Positions 32,101 to 41,245 of a stretch of 64,000 bases of DNA are shown here, in pieces. The notes beneath the pieces were generated by a model. That model was not told the origin of the DNA. It saw only the letters and a program-made list of their open reading frames with translations, and did not search any database. Position numbers and translations under genes: made by a program. Position 1 is the stretch's first letter. Every line of letters begins with the position of its first letter. The stretch comes from Patescibacteria group bacterium (GTDB taxonomy: Bacteria; Patescibacteriota; Dojkabacteria; GCA-002793355). The stretch is from NCBI GenBank assembly GCA_016860985.1, contig BOKM01000001.1:920040-984039 (forward strand). The letters run 5' to 3'.

Positions 32101-32144
32101 GGTGCTATAGAGATGCCAAGCAATAAAATGAGTAAACAAACCAT
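29109..32144 (-). CDS. Secreted multidomain M23 peptidase (DNRLRE-like, Ig/Fn3 repeats, M23)
   Basis: Signal peptide, DTYV..P, repeated IDxTPP linkers, YKVRARDRAGN, HSGID and HLHFE zinc motifs. Confidence 0.85.
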   Translation of the reverse strand: MVCLLILLLGISIAPVLAADTVELEITEDTYVEEKYPSIVTWDNRNLYIGTDSLYGKGKTRTLVKAAVSRLRELDIISSDIARVELLLHQYYYEGTENTATIDAYTTTSPWDMDSVTWSQQPAISPKRDSTTITTTNGEKSINITNSFLEIMKSVNPSDKGILLKINPETDKALIFWAHGCTLAPTSPRCDSESLRPKIRISLRGNSLPTLCKLLTPNSNESIAKEEVAFKADVSLDNEGDKIGYTLRVCDTPNCSSPIITQPISTAANSYISLPQGTYIASCSADDGHSERVWGEEVTFTIDRTPPNPPRIIQEPYYTNSENNTIFWFPLEDIVEYQLLSSERADFKSYNTYGGWNTNNFADVIHAKEKTYYYKVRARDRAGNFSEWSDFVSTTIDIKPPILRYFKSNNNVISPKFDKNGVPTTNVYLQGAAEDTTHKSIKLVIQDSQFNTVYSETEFEKSYLWTHWPESNKYPDGDYIAIMVAEDAVGYISESNPIFLRIDTTPPRPPLIYGISENQVTRQRKLTITSICSDKAVGNLYSGGRIISENKNTHKAPLTYTDGEHTLKATCTDDAGNTSSKSVRFIVDTLPPTKPTLSIKEEAQNAVQIKVTCREEVRTELFINGIYYNAGTCTPKTPYKKTITLSNATSLASFTGRVIDKAGNKSDLSESVLVRSSAKLKADTPVVTCTTSFHNTDTEFKDINCEWPIKTIDYIETIPLDAQKEKSVFRQLQLKDPKIYITATSCKAKSLWDPRTWYGCVKVADSTITVFGKLYPLYFGGTKAQLELNNNVSFSHKIAQSIKIEVSYLLIFSATIGDSALTATTTSPATELSFPLIKRQNAKRFFGWLFSSLVQVSQWYGKTAYDKAHSGIDFAVNKATILAPADGKIFAAGYHRKDACNAGGYYVGVKYDNGLYTYFFHLASLNYPNSKKITVGDIVKKGSKLAISGNSGNYKCEPLLAHLHFETRNGSSSLSHTNPVPHFSIDWNSIVTANSKKYPKRLTGENPHPKF

Positions 32145-32187
32145 GTTGAAATACTACGTCACGAAAAGTGACGAGTTAGTTTGTGCC

Positions 32188-32910
32188 TTACAGTGCAAGG
32201 CGGCTCTTGCTTCGCTGTTTTTGATTCTCTTCAGCAATCTTTTTGTGATTTCCTGAGCGAAGGACCTCAGGTACAACTCTCGTCTGCTCTGTGCCATTGT
32301 TATCAACAAAATTGAAAACCGCAGGACTTGTGAATTGTGGATGTTCTCCAAGAACTGCAATTCCATCTTGATCTGGCATAAAGGTAGTTTCTTCTTGTGC
32401 GCTAAACGAGTTGCCTAATACACCAGGGATAAGCCTGGTAACGCTATCAATTACGATTAAGGCAGGTAGCTCACCTCCTGTAAGTATGTATGGTCCAATT
32501 GTTAGTTCTTCATGTACCCACTCGTATACTCTTGCATCAAAACCTTCGTAATGTCCACAAAGAAGAATGTAGTTTACATCTGTGGACGAAGCCATTAATT
32601 CTGCTTTATGTTGATTAAACAATTCGCCCGAAGCTACCGTCGCCACAACTCTTGGGGTAAGTCCTTTGGCTACTGACTTTTCGCTGAGTGCTTGAATCGC
32701 CTTATAAAGTGGTGCAACTTTTAACAACATTCCTGCACCGCCACCAAATACTCTATCATCTACGGTCCTGTGTTTATCAGCTGTCCAACTGCGAAGATCA
32801 TGAACAGAAATATTAACCTTTTCAGCCTTTCGTGCTCGTCCAATAATGCTGGTATTACAATAATTCTCAATGATATCCGGAAAAACTGTAACAATATCAA
32901 AATGAACCAT
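32188..32910 (-). CDS. trmD: tRNA (guanine37-N1)-methyltransferase
   Basis: HRTVDDRVFGGGAGM, CGHYEGFD, GPYILTGGE, SGNH. Confidence 0.97.
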   Translation of the reverse strand: MVHFDIVTVFPDIIENYCNTSIIGRARKAEKVNISVHDLRSWTADKHRTVDDRVFGGGAGMLLKVAPLYKAIQALSEKSVAKGLTPRVVATVASGELFNQHKAELMASSTDVNYILLCGHYEGFDARVYEWVHEELTIGPYILTGGELPALIVIDSVTRLIPGVLGNSFSAQEETTFMPDQDGIAVLGEHPQFTSPAVFNFVDNNGTEQTRVVPEVLRSGNHKKIAEENQKQRSKSRLAL

Positions 32911-33297
32911 TTATTTAGGAAGGTAAGGAATTATATGTGGGCCAAAGACAAAAAAACCAACAACTATCGCAGCTGCTGCAGAAATAAGAACCGCACCTGC
33001 TGCAACATCTTTTGCGTACTTTATTGCCCCATGGTGTTTTGTGGTAATGGCGTCGCAGGCTTTTTCGATGGCTGAGTTTAGCGATTCTGCAAGTAGCACA
33101 AGGGTTGCACTAAAAATTATTCCGTACCATTCGACGAGTGAGAGTTTAAAAAATACGCCAGCAGCTACAACTAATATGGAAACAACAAGTTCAATTCTAA
33201 AATTTAACTGAGATGCAATAATCAGATAAACGCCATTCCATGCGTGAGAATGACTTTTTACATGTTTGTGGAGGTCTTCTTTGATTTTTTGAACCAT
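32911..33297 (-). CDS. dgkA: Diacylglycerol/undecaprenol kinase family
   Basis: ESLNSAIEKACD, AKDVAAGAVL, three TM. Confidence 0.9.
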   Translation of the reverse strand: MVQKIKEDLHKHVKSHSHAWNGVYLIIASQLNFRIELVVSILVVAAGVFFKLSLVEWYGIIFSATLVLLAESLNSAIEKACDAITTKHHGAIKYAKDVAAGAVLISAAAAIVVGFFVFGPHIIPYLPK

Positions 33298-34712
33298 TTG
33301 AGGAAGTATAAAATTACCTGTTGGACTGTTTTGGCAATTATAACGATATCAAGCCAAATAGACCAATTCTGGATGTACCACGTACTCATTTTTAGTCGTT
33401 GATCAAACGAAAGCGCATCACGACCACTTACGGTCCATAAGTCAGTAATACCAGGTTTTGCAGCAAGTACTCGCTCGAAATAATCACCAATCAATTCTCT
33501 CTCTCTTGGCATAAAAGGTCTTGGTCCAACAATACTCATATCTCCCTTTAGTACATTAAACAGTTGGGCCAGTTCATCTATTGAGGTTTTACGAATAAGA
33601 TTCATACCTGGAAGCACACGTGGGTCGTGTTCAAGTTTTTGATATTTATCCCACTCCTTTTTTTTGATTTCTGGGTTTTCTGCGAGATATTTCCATAAAA
33701 TATCGTCATTTTCGTTTTTGTAGGCTTCCTTTCTCATTGAACGGAATTTATGGAAGATGAATATGTTCCCCCCTCTGCCATATCTTTCGTGGTCGTAAAA
33801 AATTGGTGCGCCGTCTTTGATATATACGAGCAAGGCTTCAAAAAGGAGAATTGGAGATGCAAGCAATATACCTATGAGTGACAATACGATGTCCATGAGG
33901 CGCTTTAGAAACTTATTCAATGGATTGTTAAGACCTTTATCAATATCAAAAACAAATAGATTCTCGTACATGAGGTGGTAGACATCTGCGTTCATGACGT
34001 CCAAATCCATAAGCTCAGGTACAACGAGTATATGGCTAGATACAAAGTAAAGTCGTTCTACCAATTCGGCTATCTTCGGTGATGCAAAGTCTTTTACCAC
34101 AACTAATATAGTTTCAGTTCGGTATTTTTTAGTAGCTTCTTTGACTTTTGCTACAATTTCGGAGACTTCTTCGTCTTTTATGGAGACTCCTATAGATTGT
34201 GTAATATGGTAGCCTATAAATCGGTTCCTAAGGAATGAATCAGTGAGTGAATGTGTTGTATCTACTTGAATTTCAATAACCTCTTTTCTCCAATAGCCGA
34301 GTTGATAGAGTATCGCTTTGATAAACCGCCTTGCAAGCGGGAGCATTCCGAAGAGAATGAGTGGATGTAACACAAAGAGAATACGCGAGATATAGATATC
34401 AATTTTTCCGAGCGAAATAATGGAATAGACAAAAAGCGCTGAAAGTGCAATCGCGTTCACAAGTATTCGAGTCTCTTGCCAGAAAGGTCTATGCTTATGA
34501 TATAGCCCTTGGAAAACAAAAATACTGATGTAGAGTGGAATTATCCACCAGTTTGCGAGAACATACGTCCAAAAATCTTGTGTCGTTAAATCAGGAATTG
34601 TTATGTATATGCCGATAAGGTTTCGTACTCCAATAGCAAGTGCAAACGCAACAACAAGAACAAAGATGTCTGATGCAAGCATCGTGAGTATCGCTAATGC
34701 TGTTTTAAGCAT
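33258..34712 (-). CDS. Polyprenyl-phosphate sugar phosphotransferase (WbaP/WcaJ family; start 34712-34745)
   Basis: KRLMD, KFRSM, SIDELAQLFNVLKGDMSIVGPRP, KPGIT. Confidence 0.92.
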   Translation of the reverse strand: MLKTALAILTMLASDIFVLVVAFALAIGVRNLIGIYITIPDLTTQDFWTYVLANWWIIPLYISIFVFQGLYHKHRPFWQETRILVNAIALSALFVYSIISLGKIDIYISRILFVLHPLILFGMLPLARRFIKAILYQLGYWRKEVIEIQVDTTHSLTDSFLRNRFIGYHITQSIGVSIKDEEVSEIVAKVKEATKKYRTETILVVVKDFASPKIAELVERLYFVSSHILVVPELMDLDVMNADVYHLMYENLFVFDIDKGLNNPLNKFLKRLMDIVLSLIGILLASPILLFEALLVYIKDGAPIFYDHERYGRGGNIFIFHKFRSMRKEAYKNENDDILWKYLAENPEIKKKEWDKYQKLEHDPRVLPGMNLIRKTSIDELAQLFNVLKGDMSIVGPRPFMPRERELIGDYFERVLAAKPGITDLWTVSGRDALSFDQRLKMSTWYIQNWSIWLDIVIIAKTVQQVILYFLKWFKKSKKTSTNM

Positions 34713-35868
34713 CTCTTTCATGTGTTTTCTCAAATTCATCAACAAGGTGACGTATTTTATCTATGAAACTACTGATATCGTATTCTAACACGCTATTGTG
34801 AAACGCTTGCTGTTGCGCATTATTTCGTTTAAATGCGAGTGCCCAATCAAGTGCAGGTGTAAGCGTTTCTGTAGTAAGTGAATCGAGTAAGTATCCTGTC
34901 TTTTTATGAGTGACTATCTCTTTTCCTCCGCCTGCATTGTATGTAATTACGGGTGTACCTACAGAGAGTGCTTCGACCATCATAATGCCAAAATCTTCAA
35001 TATTCGGATACAAAAAGCCGCTATATGATGCAAAAAGTGCTGGTTTTTCGTTATCAGGAATATAGCGATTGATAAAAGTGATGTCTGGGTTGTGCGCTGC
35101 GAGACGTTTTACTTCTTCTGCCTGAGAACCCGTTCCTGCGATAGTGAGTTTATATCCTTTTGGCCAAACTTTCACCAATTTATCAAAATTCTTATAGGGT
35201 TCAATTCGACCAAAGGCTAGAAATTCAGGTTTTTGTTCTACAGTGTTTTGTTTAATTGATGCTGCAAATTTTTTTACATAAATTGGAGGGTTTATGATTG
35301 CAAGCGGTTCTTTACGATAGAATTTTCGAATGCGCGTTGCTACTTCTTGTGAGTTTGCAATCAAGCCGTGCACTCTTTGCGCATGAAGATAATCGCCTAT
35401 TCTAAACGCTGAGCCAAACAGTAAGTTCCACATAAACCGGAGAAAAGTATTTGAGCGAACCTTTTTGCTTGGAGGCATATTCCAAAGAAATCTTGGCGGC
35501 GTGTGAATATACGAAATATGATATTTGCCAGGAGGAGGAATGATATGTTTTGCAAAAGATGCGGTGTCACTTATGATAATTCGCGTGTCTGGGGTAAATT
35601 TCATTTGCGAGAAGGCAAGTGGCAACAAGAATTTGTAAATTTCGAGCAAATATGTGCGAGAAAAGGGTAATTTGTTTAGGAAGGTGCTTTTTACTGGAAC
35701 TGTGTCTAGCGGGGCATGTCTCGTTTCTGGATGATCAAAAGCAGCATAAATCGTGTTGTTAGGAAAGGCCTGCACCAAAGCATCAAATACTACCTCTGCC
35801 CCGCCCCATGCAATAAAAAAGTCATGTACAAGTGACACGTGCTTTTCATTTGGTTCGGTCGAGCGCAT
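34705..35868 (-). CDS. Glycosyltransferase family 4
   Basis: GGAEVV, HTPPRFLW, EDFGIMMVEALSVGTPV; paralog of 13846..15039. Confidence 0.9.
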   Translation of the reverse strand: MRSTEPNEKHVSLVHDFFIAWGGAEVVFDALVQAFPNNTIYAAFDHPETRHAPLDTVPVKSTFLNKLPFSRTYLLEIYKFLLPLAFSQMKFTPDTRIIISDTASFAKHIIPPPGKYHISYIHTPPRFLWNMPPSKKVRSNTFLRFMWNLLFGSAFRIGDYLHAQRVHGLIANSQEVATRIRKFYRKEPLAIINPPIYVKKFAASIKQNTVEQKPEFLAFGRIEPYKNFDKLVKVWPKGYKLTIAGTGSQAEEVKRLAAHNPDITFINRYIPDNEKPALFASYSGFLYPNIEDFGIMMVEALSVGTPVITYNAGGGKEIVTHKKTGYLLDSLTTETLTPALDWALAFKRNNAQQQAFHNSVLEYDISSFIDKIRHLVDEFEKTHERDA

Positions 35869-35929
35869 AGGTGATTATACTCTGTTTCTTTATTATTGAA
35901 GAGTCTAGATAATCGGCGTAAAATACACT

Positions 35930-36340
35930 ATGGGTCAAGAAAAGGAAAAGCATTATGATAATGCAGAAATTCATGATTTTATTGTGACAATGCTTCCGCG
36001 TACTTTTTATCAAGAACCACCAATTGGTTCACAAGCTGCAACCGATTGGTTAAGAGGAAAAAAGGAAGCTTACCCACCACCGTGTTCTTGGCATGCTTTT
36101 TGCTATGCAGTTGCAATGGTTGGCGATACCAGAGATTGGGTGAGAAAAGATGCAATTGCTTTGGCAGATGGTAGCCCGTATCGCGTAAAGAAGCTTCTTG
36201 AGCGAACGATGGCACTAAACGAGGTTATGAAAAAACAATCGCGGGATCTTGATATGCAGACGTTTCTTGAGAGCTCGGCTGAAAAGCATCCAATCATTAC
36301 AGACTTAAATCTGGCAACGATGATTGTTAGTCTAGGTTGA
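35930..36340 (+). CDS. Hypothetical protein
   Basis: 136-aa ORF, TAAAAT 5 nt before ATG. Confidence 0.6.
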   Translation: MGQEKEKHYDNAEIHDFIVTMLPRTFYQEPPIGSQAATDWLRGKKEAYPPPCSWHAFCYAVAMVGDTRDWVRKDAIALADGSPYRVKKLLERTMALNEVMKKQSRDLDMQTFLESSAEKHPIITDLNLATMIVSLG

Positions 36341-36532
36341 TGGAGATTGAAGTTTATCAATAGCTTGGATAATTAGATCTGAAGAGATTTGGAGTGCTTT
36401 AATCCTTCGAATAACTAAGGTGTGTTGTGAGGTTCCCACTCTAAGTTTCGGTTCTACTTTTTGGAGTTTGCTTATTGTTGAAGTGATTGCCCTTAATGCT
36501 TCTAACAATTCTTCGTTTGAGTACTGGCTCAT
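36332..36532 (-). CDS. Small helical hypothetical protein (66 aa)
   Basis: MSQYSNEELLEALRAITSTISK..GTSQHTLVIRRIKAL; start trimmed to exclude the tRNA. Confidence 0.65.
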   Translation of the reverse strand: MSQYSNEELLEALRAITSTISKLQKVEPKLRVGTSQHTLVIRRIKALQISSDLIIQAIDKLQSPST

Positions 36533-36592
36533 AATTCTCTCTCGATATGCTTTTCTGTTTTTCCACTTCTGTTTGAAAGTAATAACAGAAAA

Positions 36593-36666
36593 AGCGGACG
36601 ACGGGATTCGAACCCGCGACCTCTTCCTTGGCAAGGAAATGTTCTAGCCAACTGAACTACGTCCGC
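36593..36666 (-). tRNA. tRNA-Gly(GCC)
   Basis: GCGGACG/CGTCCGC acceptor, loop TTGCCAA, GGTTCGAATCCC. Confidence 0.96.
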
Positions 36667-36727
36667 ATATTTCGGAGATTGTATCCGAATTGCTGTATTC
36701 TATCATGCAGAAATGGTATAATTCAAT

Positions 36728-37507
36728 ATGCCAATAATAACCAATCAAGGGCAACAAGGCACTCCCCCCTCCTCTGCTCAAGCATCAACATCATTGCCAA
36801 CTCGAGTACAAAGCACGATGACATCGGTTACTCCGCCTACTGTTGTACCAACTCCAAAGATTGAGAATCCAGTTATTGCTCCACCTCCAGTGGTTAAAAC
36901 GCCAACTGTGAATATTGATGAAGACCTTGAAGATTTTGATGATATCGATGGAACCGATGAAGAAATGTCCACTCCCACGCCAGCAACTGGTACTAAGCAG
37001 CAACTTTCGCTCTCTCGTATGTCCGAAGAAGAACGTCGAAAAGTGATTGGTAATGTTTTTGTACTTGTATTAGGTCGTTCGCCTGCCGATAGGGATTTCA
37101 GTTACTATCGATTTAGTACGTTAACTGAAGACGGTCTGGTTAAGAGTTTACTGAACCTTCCTGAGCATAAAAAGTTAGTTGAAAAAGCAAACGAGCACAC
37201 GTCGCTTAAACAGAGTGTTATGGATTTAGACTTACAGGTAAAGCAATTATCTGAGTCAATGAATTCAATGAAAGAAGAGTTAATAACGATGCAAGACTTA
37301 CTTGTCGAAAAGAACAGGTATATTCAACAAATGCGTGGGGTTCCAGAGGCAAATATGGCTCCTGCTCCTGCACAGCCAAATAACGTTGTTGTGAATACTC
37401 AATCTACCTCAACAACTCCAGCAAAAGTCCCACCAACCGAAACAAAAAAACTTCCCGGACCTTTTGATGAACTAAAAAACATGGTAAAGGGGATTTTCTC
37501 CAAATAA
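36728..37507 (+). CDS. Hypothetical protein: Pro/Thr-rich and acidic N-terminus, helical core, coiled coil
   Basis: LGRSPADRD helical motif, heptad region, TGGTATAAT 5 nt before ATG. Confidence 0.7.
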   Translation: MPIITNQGQQGTPPSSAQASTSLPTRVQSTMTSVTPPTVVPTPKIENPVIAPPPVVKTPTVNIDEDLEDFDDIDGTDEEMSTPTPATGTKQQLSLSRMSEEERRKVIGNVFVLVLGRSPADRDFSYYRFSTLTEDGLVKSLLNLPEHKKLVEKANEHTSLKQSVMDLDLQVKQLSESMNSMKEELITMQDLLVEKNRYIQQMRGVPEANMAPAPAQPNNVVVNTQSTSTTPAKVPPTETKKLPGPFDELKNMVKGIFSK

Positions 37508-37549
37508 CGCATCCAAGTGTGTTTACTAGTAATAACGTGATGATGTGAC

Positions 37550-38341
37550 CTATTCTAGTAATTCTGCAGAAGTAGTCAGTAAGTAATCGGAAATACAAGT
37601 ATTCCAATCAGGAAGTGACTGAATTTCGTTGAGTACTTTTTGATATTCCAAGTCCATTGCTGCTGCCTCTTTGGCTTTGCTTTTGCTTGTGTATGCATAA
37701 GAACTGACAAAATACTCGTGTGATTTGAGTGTTCGTTGTAGATAATACGTGGGTGTTTCCTTTAATGAACAGGTAGCATATGTTTCTTTTGGCAATTCTT
37801 CCAGAGTTGTCAGTGCATTTTGCAATTCTTTTTTGCATTCTTCTAATTTTACGAGTATCTGCGAGGCTTTTGCCCTGTAAGAAATGTTCTTTTTACATTG
37901 GTTATATGCGAGTAAACTATTACCTATTCGCTCCTCTACTCGTAATGCAGTGTTTACAATTCGTAATGTGCCTAAATCTGATTTTCTTTGGTTGAGTAGG
38001 GAAAGTAGTTCGCTTGTATTTGCTTCTGTAATTTCTGTTTCTAATTGGGCAAGTTCCACTTGAATTTGATCGTAATCATTTTGTAGTGTCTCGATAACAA
38101 AGTCAGATACAGGAACGCGTTTGGAAAGAATAGAAGTTACTGTGTTTCCGTAGATTGTTTCGGTTTCCTCGAATTCGTTTGTTATTACGTCAAGTCTTGA
38201 TTGAAAAATACCCACACCTTCTGAACGTAGGCTAAGTAGCGACATGACTGCACTCGCGACAAGTATTATGCTCAAAAGCATGAGCGGAATTGCAACAATG
38301 CGGCGACTTATGTTGGTGCTTGTATTTTTGACTCGAGCCAT
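37550..38341 (-). CDS. Hypothetical membrane-anchored coiled-coil protein
   Basis: N-terminal TM, helical body with four Cys. Confidence 0.65.
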   Translation of the reverse strand: MARVKNTSTNISRRIVAIPLMLLSIILVASAVMSLLSLRSEGVGIFQSRLDVITNEFEETETIYGNTVTSILSKRVPVSDFVIETLQNDYDQIQVELAQLETEITEANTSELLSLLNQRKSDLGTLRIVNTALRVEERIGNSLLAYNQCKKNISYRAKASQILVKLEECKKELQNALTTLEELPKETYATCSLKETPTYYLQRTLKSHEYFVSSYAYTSKSKAKEAAAMDLEYQKVLNEIQSLPDWNTCISDYLLTTSAELLE

Positions 38342-39015
38342 CGTGGAATAATATTTTTCTTAGCGTATAAGTAGAATCGATATATGCCGTATGGGATTGC
38401 GACAAAGAATATCAGGAATATTGTTAAGTACATGACAACAACATAAAAAGTATAAGTCGTTGTTACAGGAATAACAGTCTTTTTTGCATCCAGTTGCAGC
38501 TGTACATCTTGGGAAGTTACGTAATTGGTAGTGTTCGTGGTCAAAATGATGTCTGCTACTGCCCTTTGGTATCCAGTTGCATAAGGAGTTAAGGTGAAGG
38601 AAACTGTATACGTTTGGCCAGCTTGTGGGTTCGATAACGTCATGACTGTTGGACTTGAAACTAGTCCTGCCCTTCTTTGCCACCTGACTTCTAGTTTACT
38701 CCCTCCAATTTTTGGAGTAATGCTTAGCGTCACGGGCACTCGCTTATTCCATGGATATTGGGTCCCTACTTTTGCTGAGGTCGTGATGAAGTCGATTTTG
38801 GGAGTTGGGGTCGGAGTTGGAGTAATTTCTACTGTTTCAGTTGGAGTTGGGGTAATTGTGATTGAGCTGGTTGGAACAATTAATGTCGGTGTTCCAGAGA
38901 TAGTAGGAGAAGGAGTCGCGGTGGGTGATTGCGCTTTCACCCCGCTCATTAACGATAAAAGCACGATGGCAGTAATCAAGATGGCTACAAGTAACGATTT
39001 GTTATTTCTTTTCAT
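38308..39015 (-). CDS. Hypothetical surface protein (PT-rich linker, Ig-like domain, C-terminal TM)
   Basis: Signal peptide, TPTPTP repeats, C-terminal TM. Confidence 0.7.
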   Translation of the reverse strand: MKRNNKSLLVAILITAIVLLSLMSGVKAQSPTATPSPTISGTPTLIVPTSSITITPTPTETVEITPTPTPTPKIDFITTSAKVGTQYPWNKRVPVTLSITPKIGGSKLEVRWQRRAGLVSSPTVMTLSNPQAGQTYTVSFTLTPYATGYQRAVADIILTTNTTNYVTSQDVQLQLDAKKTVIPVTTTYTFYVVVMYLTIFLIFFVAIPYGIYRFYLYAKKNIIPRWLESKIQAPT

Positions 39016-40609
39016 ACAAACGATTATACAAAATTAAACTCCCACTTGCTAAAGCAGTCACTCCCAGAACTACTATAAATATATACGCAAGGACTTCGAT
39101 TATTGCCAAAATCGTAATGGTAATGGGGCGAAAAGGAACAGCTATGGTTTTCTGATTAAGTGTAAAAATTAGTGCTGTTTCTTGATTACTGGTTTGAATC
39201 GAATTCCGAGTTGTAAGTGGAATAATGACCGAGGATTTTGGGGATACAAATCGGCTTGGTTGCTCCTGCAAGGTAAAGTAGGTATTGTCGTTTAATGAAA
39301 TTGGTGGAATCTTTAAAAACGAATCTGTGGTGTTCGTAATTTGCAAATAAAAGTGTCTGTTTTCTTGCACAATTGAAAGTGTCGGTGTTTGCTCTGTATC
39401 GACTCCAGGGCTTAATAGAATCTCGCTTGAAAGAAGCGATGTATCTATTGTACTTAATTGGTCTGCTGCTTGTTTACATAGTTCGTCTGTGGAGCAGGAT
39501 TTTAGAGGCACAGTCAGGTAACCAAGCGCATCTGCATAAACATACGGAACACCTTGGGTGGTAATATCTTTTACGTATGAAGTTTTTCCATCTATTGCTA
39601 CCCGCCACATGGCTGGAATTAGCTGGTTTGAAAGTGGTGAAATAACAAAACCTGCTCGAAAATCACCATTTTTAGCTGAAGCAAGCGCAGATGCATCGTA
39701 TCGAGTTCGCGCACAAGAAACATTAATGGTTTTGGAAAAATTGAGTGTTACTGCATTCGCATTTTTTGCGCTTTGAATAATCGTCTCTTGTGGGGAGGTG
39801 AGCTCTTTCATGTCACTACAGCCTATGCAACTTACGGGGAGATATTCTTCGCAATTTTTTTCAATCCCAAGCTGTGGCGCTAGTACTTCTGCCGAATGTG
39901 TTACGGACATTGAGAAGGGCTTGTCAGATATAGCAAAAAGAAATAGTTTTCCTGTTTCTTCGGTTACAGTATAGATATGCTTTTTTTTGAGAGATTCTGC
40001 AACGTGCGGGGCATAAATGAGTGCGACTTTCTCATCAACTGTTACTGTTATTCGTAAGGATCTTCCCTCTTCAGAAAAAGTAAACGGAAAGGTTAAAGTT
40101 CTCAATCCCCCAAGGTCACGATAGGGTTTGTCTAATTCAGCTGAGAATGTAAATGTAATCTTTCCATTTTTGCCAATTACGACTGGCTTTGTGTACTGTG
40201 ATTTAAACGTAAACAGAATTGAATTGTTTTGGCTATACATGTCAACCAAAAAGGCTTTTGGATGAATGTACCCTATTTTTGTATCTTTGAGTGTGAAATA
40301 TGGGAGATTCATTCCATATTCAGTCAATGAAAGGTCTTTACCTGAGGTATTGGTAAGCTCAATGATTCCTTCCACTGTTATGGAGTAATCATCGTTAACG
40401 TAAAACTGGAGCGAGATATCTTCTTGAAATGTCTTTTTTGCGGGTGCAGACTGCGCGGAAACTGGAGGGAGTCTAGAACCGATTAAAGCTGCTATTTGCT
40501 CCGTCGAGTATATCCTTCCAACACTCAATATTGTTATTGCAAGAAACAGTAACAACAGGAAGTTGAGAAATAAGTGAGAGCGTTGGTACCATTTGAAAGT
40601 GTGTGGCAT
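39002..40609 (-). CDS. Hypothetical surface protein with N- and C-terminal TM (start 40609 or 40633)
   Basis: Long ORF, hydrophobic termini, beta-rich ectodomain. Confidence 0.6.
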   Translation of the reverse strand: MPHTFKWYQRSHLFLNFLLLLFLAITILSVGRIYSTEQIAALIGSRLPPVSAQSAPAKKTFQEDISLQFYVNDDYSITVEGIIELTNTSGKDLSLTEYGMNLPYFTLKDTKIGYIHPKAFLVDMYSQNNSILFTFKSQYTKPVVIGKNGKITFTFSAELDKPYRDLGGLRTLTFPFTFSEEGRSLRITVTVDEKVALIYAPHVAESLKKKHIYTVTEETGKLFLFAISDKPFSMSVTHSAEVLAPQLGIEKNCEEYLPVSCIGCSDMKELTSPQETIIQSAKNANAVTLNFSKTINVSCARTRYDASALASAKNGDFRAGFVISPLSNQLIPAMWRVAIDGKTSYVKDITTQGVPYVYADALGYLTVPLKSCSTDELCKQAADQLSTIDTSLLSSEILLSPGVDTEQTPTLSIVQENRHFYLQITNTTDSFLKIPPISLNDNTYFTLQEQPSRFVSPKSSVIIPLTTRNSIQTSNQETALIFTLNQKTIAVPFRPITITILAIIEVLAYIFIVVLGVTALASGSLILYNRLYEKK

Positions 40610-41243
40610 AGGTTTCTGGGTCAACTGTAGCATATTTCACGAGGTTTTTGTATTGTGAATTTTTCACAATCTCCGGTACTCCGTTTCTCTCAATCACGTA
40701 AACACCAGTTCCCTTGTAGTCGCAGTTGCAGTTGTGAAGCTGTTGGTCCCCTTGGTATAACTCTATGGTTGCGAGCGTTTCTTTTCCAGTATTAATTAGT
40801 GTGTAATGCCAGTTCGGAGGAATAACGGTTTTTGTCTCAGGAGTAAGTTCTACAACATAGGTTGTCGCTTCATCAAGCAGTGATTGGGTATCCTGCTGGA
40901 GTAAAAGCAATCCTTTTCCTTCGAGCACTTCGAGAAATCGCGGGTGGTCTTTTGAATAAATGGTCTTTGTTTTTGCGAATTCAATTCCGACAATATCGGC
41001 GTATAACGTGGTTACTTTTAATTTGAGATTGTGCGTAGTTAAAGGTCCTGGAAAACGCTCTTCAATCCAATGTGTTCGGTAAACAACTTTTTGATATACA
41101 GATGACGTGCTGAGGTAGTATTTACGTAGGTTTCGTGTAAGAAAAGAATTCGTTTTTGTTACCAAAAGCATTTGCTCGTCAACGGTAATTCCGTCTGGAG
41201 TAAGTGTTATTGGGAGTTTTTCTGTGAGATATGATGCGCTCAT
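40473..41243 (-). CDS. Cupin-type glucose-6-phosphate isomerase-like protein, degenerate
   Basis: EFAKTK, EVLEGKGLLLLQ and VIPPNWHYTLINTG resemble cupin PGI. Confidence 0.6.
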   Translation of the reverse strand: MSASYLTEKLPITLTPDGITVDEQMLLVTKTNSFLTRNLRKYYLSTSSVYQKVVYRTHWIEERFPGPLTTHNLKLKVTTLYADIVGIEFAKTKTIYSKDHPRFLEVLEGKGLLLLQQDTQSLLDEATTYVVELTPETKTVIPPNWHYTLINTGKETLATIELYQGDQQLHNCNCDYKGTGVYVIERNGVPEIVKNSQYKNLVKYATVDPETYATHFQMVPTLSLISQLPVVTVSCNNNIECWKDILDGANSSFNRF

Positions 41244-41245
41244 AT

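Noticed and set aside
36533-36634. N-terminal extension of ORF 36332..36634
   Set aside because: It runs through tRNA-Gly; ATG 36532 is the plausible start.
39002-40609. Active transglutaminase domain in the large surface protein
   Set aside because: Only a vague resemblance (PAMW, KDITT); no credible catalytic Cys or His.
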